A stretch of DNA of 64,000 bases. Origin: Malacoraja senta (taxonomy: Eukaryota). Below are positions 46,371-59,800 of the stretch, in pieces. Both the position numbers and the translations under genes were made by a program. Below the pieces are notes generated by a model, which worked only from the letters and a program-made list of their open reading frames with translations, searched no databases and had not been told where the DNA came from. The DNA lies in NCBI GenBank assembly GCA_038087875.1, contig CM075991.1:3162001-3226000 (forward strand), given 5' to 3'. How positions within the stretch are numbered: the first letter of the stretch is position 1; each line of letters opens with the position of its first letter.

Positions 46371-49239
46371 CATTAAAAGACTAAAGGAGGGAACGCCGTG
46401 AGGGGGGTGGGCGGAGAAAAAAGAGGGACCTGGCACTTTGGAAGCGCCCTTCATTGGGCCACTATTTGCATACATTGGGTATGCAAGAATTTCACTGTGA
46501 CTTGTCACATGTCGCAATGAAGTATTCATTCATTCATTCACTGTCAAATATGCATTTACCAAAACCGTTTCAGCGAACTAAGTATTGAACAATTACATTT
46601 TCAAGAATTATATAAACATAAATCTAGATGTGGTCTTACCAGGACAATTTATAATTGGAGTACATCATTTTGCCCAGGTTATTCAAATTTCCCTACAGGG
46701 CGACAAGGTTCCGTGTTTCATGTGCCGAGATACTCAGGCCCTCACTAACACCATTGTTATTCAATTTCTCTTTATTATTTGTCCCAGATGACATTATTGA
46801 TGGTTCATCCAGTGAGGATGTATGAGGGGCTGAGAAATTGAAAGGGAATGATCACCATGTGGGGAGCATAGTCCCCCCCCCCACCCACAAATAGTCAACG
46901 GGAATTGGAAGCGTTTATGCCGGGAGATTGCAGGCAGCTGCAGAGTTGTCACAGTTAGGGGATATTCCCAATATAGACTGGGACTGGCATAGCCGTAGAC
47001 TCAAAGGTTTAAAGGTTCATTTATTGTCACATACACCAATTGGTGTAGTGAAATTCGAGTTGCCATTGCAGCACACTAATAAGAATACAACACAACATTA
47101 AAGAAGAATTTAACATTAAACATAAAAACATCCCCCCACAATGGTTCCCACTGTGGGGGAAATGCACAAAGTCCAGTCATGTCATAGAGCACGGATAAAG
47201 TCCCATCGGCCCAACTCATCCATGCCGACCATCGTGCTGAGGGATTAGATGGGATGGAATTTGTCAAATATGTTCAGGGAAGTTTCATTTGGCAAAATGT
47301 AGAGGGACCTACAAGGCAGAGGGCAGTGCTTGATCTATTCTTCGGCAATTGGGAAGGGCAAGGGATGTGTCAGTGAGCGAGCCTTTTTTGGACCACGGGA
47401 CCGCAGTTCCCACACACCCGAACAAACTATTCACGCAAACCTGATAATAAGGAACAGAAAATAACTTATGATTTAATGATGTTATTGACAACTTAGCAAA
47501 GGTTTTGTCAATGTGGTGAACATTATCCACTTTACAGTTTGGAACAAACTATGTGACGGATCTGCTCCGCCATCTACTGGCTGTGTCTCTGGTGACTTTC
47601 TTCAAACTGATAATGAGGTTCGAGCGAAACAAAAAGCGCAAACTGCTGGAGTAACTCGGCGGGCCAGACAGCATTTATGGAGAACATGTCTAAGCGACGT
47701 TGCGGATCGTGTCTTTGCTTACTTTGGTTTAGACTCAACAATCTGTGGGGATATATTTATTCTGATTCCGGTTCTCCAGAAATGCTACCTGGCACATTGA
47801 GTTATTCCAGCACTTTGTAGTTTTTTGCTGAAACAAAAATACAAATACTTCTGACGAAAGGACAACGTCACCAAGCCATGTTCTCCAGATATACTGGCTG
47901 TCCCGCAGATATTTTCGCACCTTTCTGTCCTATTGTCGCTTTGGGTTTCTGCTCAACTTCCGGCATCTGCAGTTCCTTGTGTCTATTTAAGTTCTGGTGA
48001 CCATGTTCACAGGTATCACAGTAATATATCATGGTTACGGCACAGCCTTACATCTGGTGTGGCGGAGACAACAACGCAACAGAATGAAGTGCATTAAATA
48101 TTAACAGGTTAACACGGGTTACACAATTCCACAGAATTCTCAGTTTAATAACAGTTGTGAGGTAGTTCCTGATATTTGAAGAGTGGCACCGCCGTCACAC
48201 AAGCTGAATAAAGCGGAACTGTGAGGTTCACCATGACTAAATAACTCTTTTGGAAACTGTAACAACTTTGGTCTAATGTACGCTGAGGCCTCCACAATAT
48301 GCATGCAGCCACCGAAGCCCTGGACTTTGAATGTGAGTTCCAGCCCCAGTTCAGCGTCATGTCTACAATGCAGCAGCAACACACTGTCCTCCCACAACAC
48401 CATGGTGGAATGCAAGCCCAGATATTAGTCTTTCAATCTCTACAATGCACATTAAACCAACATTCTACTGATGCTGAATTCAAATACATTTTAAAGGTTA
48501 ATCTGAAGTGACGAAAAGTAAATCACTTTGGAATTTATTGTGAAGAGACTTGTGGTCAGTGTCCTGTGCTCTGGGGTGTTTTGTTGGCTTCATGATGCAA
48601 AAAGCACATTAGGTTGGATGAGCCTTACTGCCATTGGTAACCCTCAGGTGTGGTTGTTGGAGTTTAAGCCACCCATCCAAAGACGTGAGTGTAATAGCTC
48701 CTCGGGGCAACAAACTCGGCCCAGCTGCTTCGTGAATGACATTCATACCAGTGTAGGGATGTGCATAATGTTCAATTCCATTTGCAACTTTTCACCAAAC
48801 AGGGCAGTTCATTTCTACAGCAAACAGGATGTAAGCAGCATCTTGACGATTACCATGTGCCCCGCTAGTGCTGGCACTGATCATCTCCAACAAGAAGTGA
48901 AACTACATTTCCTTGATATTCATTTGGATTACTGTTGGCTCCACATTCACTTCTCTGGAGGTTAGCATTGAGCAGTAACTCAACTGGACCAGCCATGTAA
49001 ATTCAACAAAAGTAGTTCAGGGAGAGGGGTTATGAATTCTACAGCGAACAACCCACCTCATGACAAACCCAAGCCAATACAAGTTCCACCCAGCCCCAGA
49101 GAGGAGAAGTTTAAATGTCCTCCAATGGCCAGCTTAGTAAAATATCATCAATGACCAAGACCAGCAATACAATTTAATTATCTCAGTCATCTTCCAATCT
49201 ATCCATTGCCTCAGCCATCAGCATACCATGGTTAATTTA

Positions 49240-49480
49240 GTTTACAGATGCAGCACAGAAAAGGTCCCTTCGGCCCACCGTGTCCGTGCTGACCAGCGAC
49301 CCCCACACACTAGGGATAATTTACAATTTTACTGAAGCCAATTAACCTCTTTGGTGATTGGGAGGAAACCAGAGCTCCTGTAGAAAACTCATACTGGTCA
49401 CGGGGAGACCGTACGAACTCCGTACAGACAGGATCAATCCCAGGTCTCTGGCACTGAAAGGCAGCAACTACCACTGTATG
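49240..49480 (-). mobile_element. HE1/V-SINE-like element
   Basis: CCCTTCGGCCCACC tail, CACACTAGGG..GAAACC core. Confidence 0.7.
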
Positions 49481-49643
49481 GTTGCAGCGACCTCATTGGT
49501 CGACAACACTACACTTCCTTAACCAATGAGTTCTACTTTAAATGAGCAAGCGGACCATGACAGCAGTGGGACGCTGCCATGTTTAGTAGAACACAGGGTG
49601 CTGGAGTAACTCAGTGGGTCAGGCAGCATCTCTAGAGGACATA

Positions 49644-51291
49644 CATCGCCCTTCATAATGTTTGGGACAAAGACCCATCATTTATTTATTTGCCTCTGTA
49701 CTCCACAATTTGAGATTTGTAATAGAAAAAAATCACATGTGGTTAAAGTGTACTTTGTCAGATTTTATTAAAGGCCATTTTTATGCATTTTGGTTTCACC
49801 ATGTTGACATTACAGCTGTGTTTATACCTCATCCCCCCATTTCAGGGCATCATGATGTTTGGGCACATGGCTTCACAGGTGTTTGAAATTGCTCAGGTGT
49901 GTTTCATTGCCTCCCGAATGCAGGTATAAGAGAACTCTCAGCACCTAGTCTTTCCTCCAGTCTTTCCATCACCTTTGGAAACTATTATTGCTGTTAATCA
50001 ACATGAGGACCAAAGTTGTGCCAATGAAAGTCAAATAAGCCATTTTGGGACTGAGAAACAAGAATAAAACTGTTGGAGACATCACCCAAGCCTTAGGATG
50101 ACCAAAATCAACTGTTTGGAACATCATTAAGAAGAAAGAGAGCACTGGTGAGCTTACCAATCGGAAAGGGACTGGCAGGCCAAGGAAGACTTCCACAGCT
50201 GATGACAGAAGTATTATCTCTATAATAAAGAGAAATCCCGAAATAGTTGTCCGACAGATCAGAAACACTCTTCAGGAGTCAGGTGTGGATTTATCAATGA
50301 CCACTGTCCACAGAAGACTTCATGAACAGAAATACAGAGGCTACACTGCAAGATGCAAACCACTGGTTAGTGGCAAAAATATGATGGCCAGGTTACAGTT
50401 TGCCAAGAAGTACTTAAAAGAGCAACCAGTTCTGTAAAAAAGCTCTTGTGAACAGATGAGACAAAGATTAACTTATATCAGAGTGATGGCATGAGCAAAG
50501 TATGAAGGAGAGAAGGAATTGCCCAAGATCCAAAACATAGCACCTCATCTGTGAAACACGCTGGTGGGGGTGTTATGGCCTGGGCATGTATTGCTGCTGA
50601 AGGTACTGGCTCACTTATCTTCATTGATGATACAACTGCTAATGGTAGTAGCATAATGAATTCTGAAGTGTATAGACACATCCTATCTGCTCAAGTTCAA
50701 TCAAATGCCTCAAAACTCATTGGCCGGCGGTTCACCCTACAGCAAGACAATGATCCCAAACATACTGCTAAAGCAACAAAGGAGTTTTCAAAGATAAAAT
50801 ATAGTCACTTCTCGAGTGGCCAAGTCAATCACCAAATCTGAACCCAATTGAACATGCCTTTTATATGCTGGAGAAATCTGAAGGGGACTAGCTCCCAAAA
50901 CAAGCATAAGCTAAAGATGGCTGCAATACAGGCCTGGCAGAGCATCACCAGAGAATACACCCGGCAACTGGTGATGTCCATGAATCACAGACTTCTAGCA
51001 GTCATTGCATGCAAAGGATATGCAACAAAATACTAAACATGTCTACTTTCATTTACATGACATTGCTGTGTCACAAACATTATGGTGCCCTGAAATGGGG
51101 GGGACTATCCATTAACATTGCTGTAATTTCTACATGGTGAAACCAAAATGTATAAAAATGGCCTTTGTTAAAATCTGACAATGATCACTTTAACCACATG
51201 TGGGTTTTTTTAATTACAAATCTCAAATTGTGGAGGACAGAGGCAATAAATAAATGATGGATCTTTGTCCGAAACATTATGGAGGGCACTG
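49644..51291 (+). mobile_element. Tc1/mariner DNA transposon, IR/DR type, dead transposase
   Basis: TA TSDs (49642-43, 51292-93); ~225-bp TIRs with internal direct repeats; transposase 50003-51036 with TDE, VKHAGGGVMAW, QQDNDPKH and LNPIE, interrupted by stops and frameshifts. Confidence 0.93.
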
Positions 51292-52120
51292 TAGATATGC
51301 GAGGTTTCACGTCGGGGCTCTTTTTCAGAATGAATAAGGATCCGATGAAGTGTCGCGACCCGAATCGTCAAATATTCACATCCTCCAGAAATACTACATA
51401 ACCTAGTGAGTTACTTCAGCACTTTGTGTTCTACATACGTTCCAGCATCTGCCTGCAGTTCCTTGTGTTTCCACCAATATATATTGGTTCCCCACAGCAA
51501 GCCACACACCATCTTGATTTCTACTATTTTGCGGCTACTTGAATATTGCCAAAAGTAGAGGCGTTGGTGTGCTTTCTTGGTCGTTGCTACAATATGGGTT
51601 CTCAAGGAGAAGTTGATGGTAATATTGACTCTTACGAATTTGAAGTTTTCAATCAGCTCTACCTCGGCGCTGTCAATGCAAACTGGGATATGTGTACCGC
51701 TACGCATCCTATAGTCGATCACTATCTACTATGTCTTGCTGAACCATTTAAAACACGCTTTCCATTTTCCCACAATAATCACTTGGACAGTTAAATACAA
51801 TAGTCCTGTTGGAATTCCGACAGACGTCTACATCAGGGACAGAAATGCTAGCGATATATAACTCAGAACCTATGGGGAGATGAGCAGCATAAAAACACAC
51901 GGATCTTACACATTCTTTTATAAAAAACAGGATAGCAGTGTTTCATGGTTATTCAAGGCATATAGACATACTTGTTGAAGAGGGAAAATAACATGCACTG
52001 TATTTACAGCAACAATTTATCACAATTAACGGAATTAGTTTAATAAATAACACCTATGCTTTTCTCAGTATAATGCTGAGATATTGAGCATTCACTCGAG
52101 AGCAGACTGGGTCACAGTAT

Positions 52121-52252
52121 AACATTGACTGTCATACGGCAGCCCCTACAATGCGGCTCTCCCTGAGTACTGCAGCGGGATCCGCCTGAGCTGCGACAGA
52201 ACCACAGTCACGCAGGTGCCGGGAGTGAGACTTGGAGCCTCTGATTTAGTAG
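52121..52252 (-). mobile_element. Deu-domain SINE-like remnant (SacSINE1/AmnSINE-like), copy A
   Basis: Minus strand GCAGTACTCAGGGAGAGCCGCATTGTAGGGGCTGCCGT resembles the recalled Deu-domain consensus; B-box-like sequence upstream. Confidence 0.5.
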
Positions 52253-52394
52253 AGAGGTTGAATTAACACAGATAAAACTATAAAATGAATGCAATCAGTC
52301 TTACAGGATGGATAACAATTGACACAAAAAACACAATGGAGTTTTTCAAAGGCTTTTGAGCAGTAAATCGAGTTTTATGAATCGTTTTTCGTTG

Positions 52395-53330
52395 AGGAAA
52401 AACTTTTTCACACAGAGAGTGGTGAATCTCTGGAACTCTCTGCCACAGAGGGTAGTTGAGGCCAGTTCATTGGCTATATTTAAGAGGGAGTTAGATGTGG
52501 CCCTTTTGGCTAAAGGGATCAGGGGGTATGGAGAGAAGGCAGGTACGGGATACTGAGTTGGATGATCAGCCATGATCATATTGAAAGGTTAAGTAGGCTG
52601 GAACTCTACTCTTTGGAGTTTAGAAGAATGAGAGGCGATCTCATTGAAACATATAAGATCGTGAGGGGCCTTGATCGGGTGGATGCACCGAGGATGTTCC
52701 CAATGATCGGGGAAACTAGAACTAGGGGACATAGTTGTAGAATAAGGGGGGGCTCTTTTAAAACTGAGATGAGGAAGAACTTCTTCACCCAGAGGGTGGT
52801 TAATTTATGGAATTCACTGCCCCAGGGAGCAGTGGAAGCAGAAACATTAAATATATTTAAGTCGAAAATAGATGGTTTTTTAGCTGCCAAGGGGATAAGG
52901 GGCTACGGGGAGAGGGCAGGGATATGGACCTAGGTATGGTTAGTATAGTAAGACCTGAGTGATTTCCAGGACAAGTGTCGATCGCCTGGATTGGGGTCGG
53001 AGAGGAATTTCCCGGATTTTTTTCCCGAATTGGATCTGGGTTTTTATCCGGTTTTTTGCCTCCCCCAGGAGATCACGCGGTTCTTGGGGTGGAGAGGGGT
53101 GATAGCGGTATAAAGGGGAGGGTAGTGTCTTGTGTTCTGTGTCTTGTGTCTACTGTTTGTGGGTAAGGGTGTCTGTTTAGTGTTCAGCCATGAGCGAATG
53201 GCGGTGCGGGCTCGATGGGCCTGGTGGTCTACTCTCGCACCTACTTTCTATGTTTCTATGTTTCTAATGGCGGTGCAGGCTCGAAGGGCCGAATGGCCTA
53301 CTCCTGCACCTATTTTCTATGTTTCTATGA
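52395..53330 (+). mobile_element. CR1 3' end with a second CR1-family 3' fragment (52586-53265) inserted in its 3' UTR
   Basis: Host GATCATATTGAA|..|AATGGCGGTGCAGG; the insert encodes LYSLEFRRMRG..WNSLPQ with a different, longer UTR and its own TTTCTATG tail. Confidence 0.88.
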
Positions 53331-54980
53331 AATAAAGATAACTGCACCAACTTTGAGGGTAATCATCGTTTCACAAGTGAGTGACACCAGCCAGCTTTAT
53401 CTGGAGCCTGTCTGCTCCATTGCTCAGCACAAAATATTTTAATGAACTAAGACCAGAAAATAATTCTGCTGGTGACTAAGAAATAATTAGACAGATACAA
53501 TAGGACAGGTTTGGAGGGATATGGACCAGTCTCCCCCCACCCCCACCCCGTCTCCTGGTCTCTGCCCCCATCTCCCGGTCTCTCCCCCCCGTCTCACCCC
53601 CTCTATTTGTCACCTCTATCTGCCACCTGACAAATACAAAATTGAAAAATCTATACTCACTGAATCTACAGAGCTTCGTTCGATGTTTATTTATAGCGCT
53701 TGACCTTGGACAAATCCCATGATTCCTTGCGTTTTTCGGAATACCAAACTCGCCTACGTTTGCAGGTAAGGCCATCGGGTCAAAGGGCGTGACGCATGGA
53801 GCAGCTCAACCCTTCAGGAGGACACGGCAGCCTCCGGCATACACTGTTAACACACGAAACCCGCACTTTCTTACCTATTAAAAACCGCTGAAATGGTCAA
53901 TTTTTGCGCTATAAATAATTGTGGAGGGTGACTGAGCACTCTGACCCAAATGCTATTGTATCTTTGCTCTGAATCCGAGCAGAGTTGGGGACAGTCTGGT
54001 CCCTCCGCCCACCCAGAGTCACTGACCGCGCTGCACCGGCACCCCCGACCATCACCACCCCCCCGACCACCAACCCCCCCGACCCCCCCCGACCACCCTC
54101 CACCACACCCTAAACCCCCCCCCCCCGACCACCACCCACACCCCCTTGGCCGCGGGGACAGGCGGCCTGGGATCCGCGAGTGTGGAACCAGTCAGTGTGG
54201 AGTCCGGATGCTGGGACAGAAGACTGTACTGGCAGCCAGAGTAAGTGCTTACCTGACTTTCACCGCATACTCCAGTACGGGCACGGGTCATGACCTCGAC
54301 TGCCGTGCAACCTCCCTATTAACATGTGCCGCACAGAAGTGCTGGCATTGATCATCTCCACCAAGAAAGAGTGTAGTGCCATATCCGTCATCTTCAGTTA
54401 GATTGCTGTTAGCTCCACATTCAATATCCTGGGGGTTAGCACTGAGCAGGAACACCTAACCCGCAGCCAACAATGGACCGTTTCCTTGATCATCGTTCGT
54501 TGTTTTTTTGCACCTTTCATGCATTTGTCCCATATCTATCTATATCACCATCTATATCTCTCGTTTACCCTTTCCCCTGACTCTCAGTCAGAATTCGACT
54601 CAGTCTCGACTCCAAACGTCACCTATTCCTTTTCTCCACAGATGCTGCCTGACCCGCTGAGTTACTCCAGCTTTTTGTGTCTCTCCATCATTTATCGGAC
54701 GTTAATAACTGCTGCCTTCTGCGCTCCGTCCTGACAGGTTGCTGTTGCCCTCCCCTGGTCAAATGCAGTATAGCAGTTTGTTTCACGGACAGCAGAATAC
54801 TGAACCATTTAAAACACGCGTTCTATTTTGCAACAATAGCCACCTGACCTGGACAGATAAATACAATAGTTCAGTGGGAATTCCTATAGAGGTCTACGTC
54901 AGTGGAAGAAACGCTAGCGGTAGATAATTCAGAATCTGTGAGGTGATGAGCAACACAAATACACAATGAAAACTATTTAT

Positions 54981-55745
54981 CAACTCAAGTCAAGACACAT
55001 TTATTTATATAGCACATTTAAAAAACAACTCTCGTTGGCCAAAGTGCTTTACATTTGTTATAAGAATAACACAAACAAAACAAAGTACATACATATATTC
55101 ATGTAGCCCTCACTCAGAGAACGTCAGGAAAGGCTTGGGAGTATAGATAAGTCTTTAGTCTTGACTTAAAAGAGTCGATGGAGGGGGCAGTTCTGATGGG
55201 AAAGGGGATGCTGTTCCACAGTCTAGGGGCTGCAACCGCAAAGGCGCGGTAGCCCCTGAGCTTATGCCTAGACCGTGGGATATTCAGCAACCCCAAGTCG
55301 GCCGATCTGAGGGGCCTGGAGGTGGAGTGGTGGGTGAGAAGACTTTTTATGTAGGTGGGGGCAAGCCCATTGAGGGCTTTGTAGACATGGAGGAGGATCT
55401 TGAAGTTTATACGGAACCGCACAGGGAGCCAGTGGAGAGAGGCCAGGATCGGGGTGATGTGTCCCCTTTTTCGGGTGCCCGTCAGGAGTCTCGCTGCGGG
55501 GTTTTGGACCAGTTGCAGGCGGGACAGGGAAGATTGGCTGATGCCAGTTTAAAGGGAGTTGCAGTAATCTAGGCGGGAGGAGATGAATGTGTGGATTATC
55601 TTTTCCAGGTCATCAAACTGGAGGAATTGTTATATTTTAGCTATCGTCCGAAGCTGAAAGAAGCAAGCTTTTACCACGGCGTTGACTTGTTTGTCAAATT
55701 TCAGTGCCGAGTCAAATATCACGCCAAGTTTTTTGATTATCATAT
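54981..55745 (-). mobile_element. L2 LINE 3' fragment
   Basis: RINFKILLHVYKALNGLAP..AFAVAAPRLWNSIP..FKSRLKTYL (55114..55422) and an L2-type 3' end (AAAGTGCTTTACA, TTTATTTATATAGCAC). Confidence 0.9.
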
Positions 55746-55799
55746 AACATTCAGGATTACTCAGCTTTATGCCTATTGAAGGAGTATAGCTATCCTATA

Positions 55800-56545
55800 G
55801 AAACAAACAGCTGCAGATGCTGCCTTATACGGTTTTATATTCAGATGAGTGACGTTTCGGATCGGGCCCCTTCTTCAGACTGAAAGTAGGGGGTAGGAGA
55901 AGTGTGAAGAATAGGAGGCAAGAAAAGACCAGGATCAATCAGGGCCGGCCACAAATGACCGCAGGCAGGGTGGTGCTCTGTTAGACCTATTGTTGGCTGG
56001 GGAAGGTGTAATCTGAAGAAAGATACAATGGATTGAACTGTGGAACTAGTGCAACGACTAGGGGGAAGAAGGGAGCCAGGGAGTGAAAATTAATATTGGT
56101 AAAAGTTACCTAAAATTAGAGAATTCAACATTCATACCCCTGGGTTGTATGCTACCCAAGCGAAATGTGAAGTGCTGTTCTTCCAATTTGCGCGTAGCCT
56201 TACTCTGGCAATGGATGAGGCTCAGGGCAGAAAGGTCAGTGTGGGATGGGAAGGGGAGTTGAAATGATTGGCAACTGGGTGATCCCGTAGGCCTCGGCGG
56301 ACCGAGCGTGTGTTCAGCGAAATGGTCGTAGGGTCTACCTTTGGTCTCGCTGATGTACAGGATCCCACATCGGGAACACTGGATGCACCAGTTGTGGTTA
56401 GAGGAGGTACACGTGAACCTCTGTTTCACTTGAAAGGACTGTCGGGGTCCCTGAATAGAGTCAAGGGAGGTGGTATAAAGGCAGGTGTTGCATCTCCTGC
56501 AGTTGCAGGGGCAAATACCCCAGGGGAGGGGGTGCGGGTGGTATA
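55800..56545 (-). mobile_element. Penelope-like element 3' fragment (GIY-YIG + terminal repeat)
   Basis: ORF 56106..56429 SSNHNWCIQCSRCGILYISETK..LGSIQPRGMNVEFSNFR. Confidence 0.85.
55849..55882 (-). ncRNA. Minimal type I hammerhead ribozyme motif (best-preserved copy)
   Basis: Minus strand AGT-CTGAAGA-A-GGG(GCCCGA)TCC-GAAAC-GTC-ACT: intact core with 3-bp stem I and 3-bp stem II, downstream of a GIY-YIG fragment. Confidence 0.6.
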
Positions 56546-56578
56546 GCCATGCTTATTGAATGGGAAAAGCAACACGCA

Positions 56579-56711
56579 AACATTGATTGTCATACGGCAA
56601 CCCCGACAATGTGGCTCTCCCTGAGTACTGCAGCAGGATCAGCCTGAGCAGCGACTAGAATCACAGTCACACAGGTGCCGAGAGTGAGACTTGAACCCTC
56701 TGATTTAGTAG
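56579..56711 (-). mobile_element. Deu-domain SINE-like remnant, copy B
   Basis: Aligns end to end with 52121-52252; retains the GGGTTCAAGTC B-box-like motif. Confidence 0.5.
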
Positions 56712-56814
56712 CAAGAGCTGATCCACAGCTGAATACCGAATGTGAATAAGAAGATTAAAGTATAGCCACAATCAGATAAAGGGTAGAGATACCATCTATA
56801 TTGAGGTGAATGGT

Positions 56815-56873
56815 AGCGACATAGTGGCGCTGCGGTAGAGTTGCTTTCATCTTGCGCCAGAGACACGGATTCT
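56815..56873 (+). mobile_element. HE1/V-SINE-like head, split by LINE insertion
   Basis: TAGTGGCGCTGCGGTAGAGTTGC..GCGCCAGAGAC; the body resumes at 62914. Confidence 0.7.
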
Positions 56874-59800
56874 GGTTCTGATTCTGGTTAATTACTGCGC
56901 AAACACCTCATCAGTGGTTATCTCGCGCAGGTCGGACTGAGGAGAGTAGTGATTACATTTTGAAGTGGGCCTTTTTGACCAAGTTGAGGAGATCTATTTG
57001 CCCAATCCCCTTTTAAAATTACTTAGCATCGGGAGCAGCATGTGTGTTGGGTGGTAACCTATTCCATTCCCTTATCGTCCTTGGGTGAAGGGAATATTGG
57101 TAGCAAAGTTTATTGACATTTAGCGAGTTGATGATGTAGGGACCGTTATTTTGTCTTGTTTCATGGCAGTTGGTGCGCTGGGATTACGGGAGATTTGATG
57201 GTGTGATTTTGTGAATCTCCTTGTAAATTGCAATAAGTCTTAGCCTGATTCTGCGGAGCTCTATGGTAACCATCCGAGGGAAGTCAGCATATTATTCACG
57301 CTTGATTTATGCTTGTAGTCATTACATACAAAGCGGGCTGCTCGGCGTTGTACTTTCTCCTGAGTGATCTTGTTGTTGTTGTTGTTGAAAGGATCCCATA
57401 CGGCTCCACAATACTCCAATTTGGGCCTGACCAAGGACTTGTAGGAATTCTCTTTGGTGGATGTACTACATGCGTGAACATTTCTTTTGAGTAGGCCGAG
57501 AGTTCTATTTGCTTTGTTGGACACTTGACATATATGCGTCGCCCAACTTAAATCTTTGCTTAATTAGACTCCTAGATATGGGTGATGGTCGACAGCAAGC
57601 AATGTATAGCTACCCGTGTTGTATTCCATAAATAATGGTTTAATCTTGTGTGAGACATGCACGGTGTGACATTTGGTTGTATTGAATGACATCTGCCAGG
57701 TTTTCCCCCTCACAGGGAGCATCCAGATCCTTCTGTAAGGACAAGCTGTCTTTTGATGTTTTAATCTCTCTATAAATTGTGGCATCATCTGCGAAGAGTC
57801 GAACTCTGGACGAAACTGCATTTGGAATGTCATAGATATACAGTAGGAAGAGCAATGGACCTATGACAGTCCCCTGTGGTACACCTGATGTCACAGACGT
57901 TTCAATAGACGTCTCTCCCTCCAAGAGAACTCGCTGGTGTCTCCTTGTCAAAAAGATCTCAATCCATTTTAAGAGGTTGCCGTCTATTCCTAAATGGTTG
58001 AACTTGTACAGGAGCCGCTTATGGGGAACCTTATCAAAAGCCCTACTGAAGTCTAATATAATCAGGTCAGTCTGACCCTTGTTATTGAGTGACCTGGCTA
58101 GATCATCAATGAGTCCCGCCAGTTGGGTTTCACATGTCGACCCTGTCTAAAGACATGTTGGTGGTTTGTTAGTGCCTTGTGGAAGTCAATATGGTCCATA
58201 ATATGTCGGTGGATTCTATGTTCGAGAATCTTGCATGGTATGGAGGTCAGTGAAACTGGGCGATAATGTGCAGGATTTATCCTATCTCCTTTTCTATAGA
58301 TGGGGACAATGTTAGCATTCAGCCAATCTTCTGGGAGTTCTCCACAAACCACAGACTTCTGAAAAATCTTTTGGAAGACTAGAGCTAAGCTTGCTGAGCA
58401 ATTCTCTAAAACTCTGGCTGGTATCTTGTCTGGCCCTGATGCCTTCTTTGGTTTTATTTCTTCCAATAATTTCTGCACCCCGTTCGTTGTTACCTTAAGA
58501 TCTGCAATTTTTGGAGTTTCTTGTGAGTTCAATGACGGGAATTTGTCTAGGTTTTCTTCAGTAAATACCGAACAAAACTGCTGGTTTAACACTTCGGCCT
58601 TGTCTGCTGCCAAAGTTACTGTCCGCCCCATTGATGTAAGGCTTGAGATTCCAAATACTTCCTGGCTCATTTTCTTGATGTAATTCCAGAAAGGCTTTGT
58701 GTCTTCTGATTTTAAACTTTCCCCTATCACATCAAGGATGTATTCTTGATGCGCTTTCCTGATTTGTCTGTCAATTGAACGCGGAAATTTCTTAAAATCT
58801 GTCCATGCGGAAGTTGGCCCAGATTTTCTTGCTCTGTTATAAAGCCTTTGTTTTTTCCTAATTGCACGCCTAATTGATGAATTTGCCCATGGTAAATTAT
58901 ATCTGGTGGAACACATTTTTGTCGGAATAAAACGGTCCATGGCCCCGACAAGAACTTGTTTAAAATCTAACCACAGCGTGTTTGTGTCTGTTGCTGCCAC
59001 ATAATCTCCTGTTAATTTCTCATTAAATTCTGATATGTGATCATCTATGGATGAGAAATCTGCCTTTTTGTAGAGGAACATCTTCCTTCTCGGTAGTCTA
59101 ACTGCTTTGGCTGTCATCTTGGCTTGGACAATAACAGCATCATGGTCACTTGTGCCTGATGTAACATCATAACTTTCTACAAAGGAGGGATGGCTGACAA
59201 AACACAAGTCAAGTATATTTCTGTCTCTCGTGGGCTTATCAACCATTTGAGTGAGGTTAAAATCATTGGCCAAATCCAACATAATCTTGCTACATGCGAT
59301 ATTTCTTCCCCCAGTATGAAGAGAATTGCTGGACCAGTCGATATCAGGGAGATAAAAATCACCGAGTAGCCATACAGAAGCAGACTTTGGAATCTTGGAT
59401 AAAGAGAACGTTAAATCGGAAGTGGCAGTGATGCAGTTGAACAAAGGGGACTATGAAGGCATGAGAGGGGAGCTGGCCAAAGTAGACTGGAAAGGGATCC
59501 TAGCAGGAATGACGGTGGAACAGCAATGGCAGGAATTTCTGGGCATAATCTGGAAGACGCAGGATCATTTCATTCCAAAAAGGAAGAAAGATTCTAAGGG
59601 GAGTAGGAGGCAACCGTGGCTGACAAGAGAAGTTAGGGATAGAATAAAACTAAAAGAAAAGATGTATAACACAGCAAAGAGTAGCTGGAAGCCAGAGGAT
59701 TGGGAAACTTTCATAGGACAACAGAAGGAAACAAAACGGGCAATACGGGCTGAAAAGATGAAGTACGAGGGGAAGCTGGCCAGGAATATAAAGAAGGACA

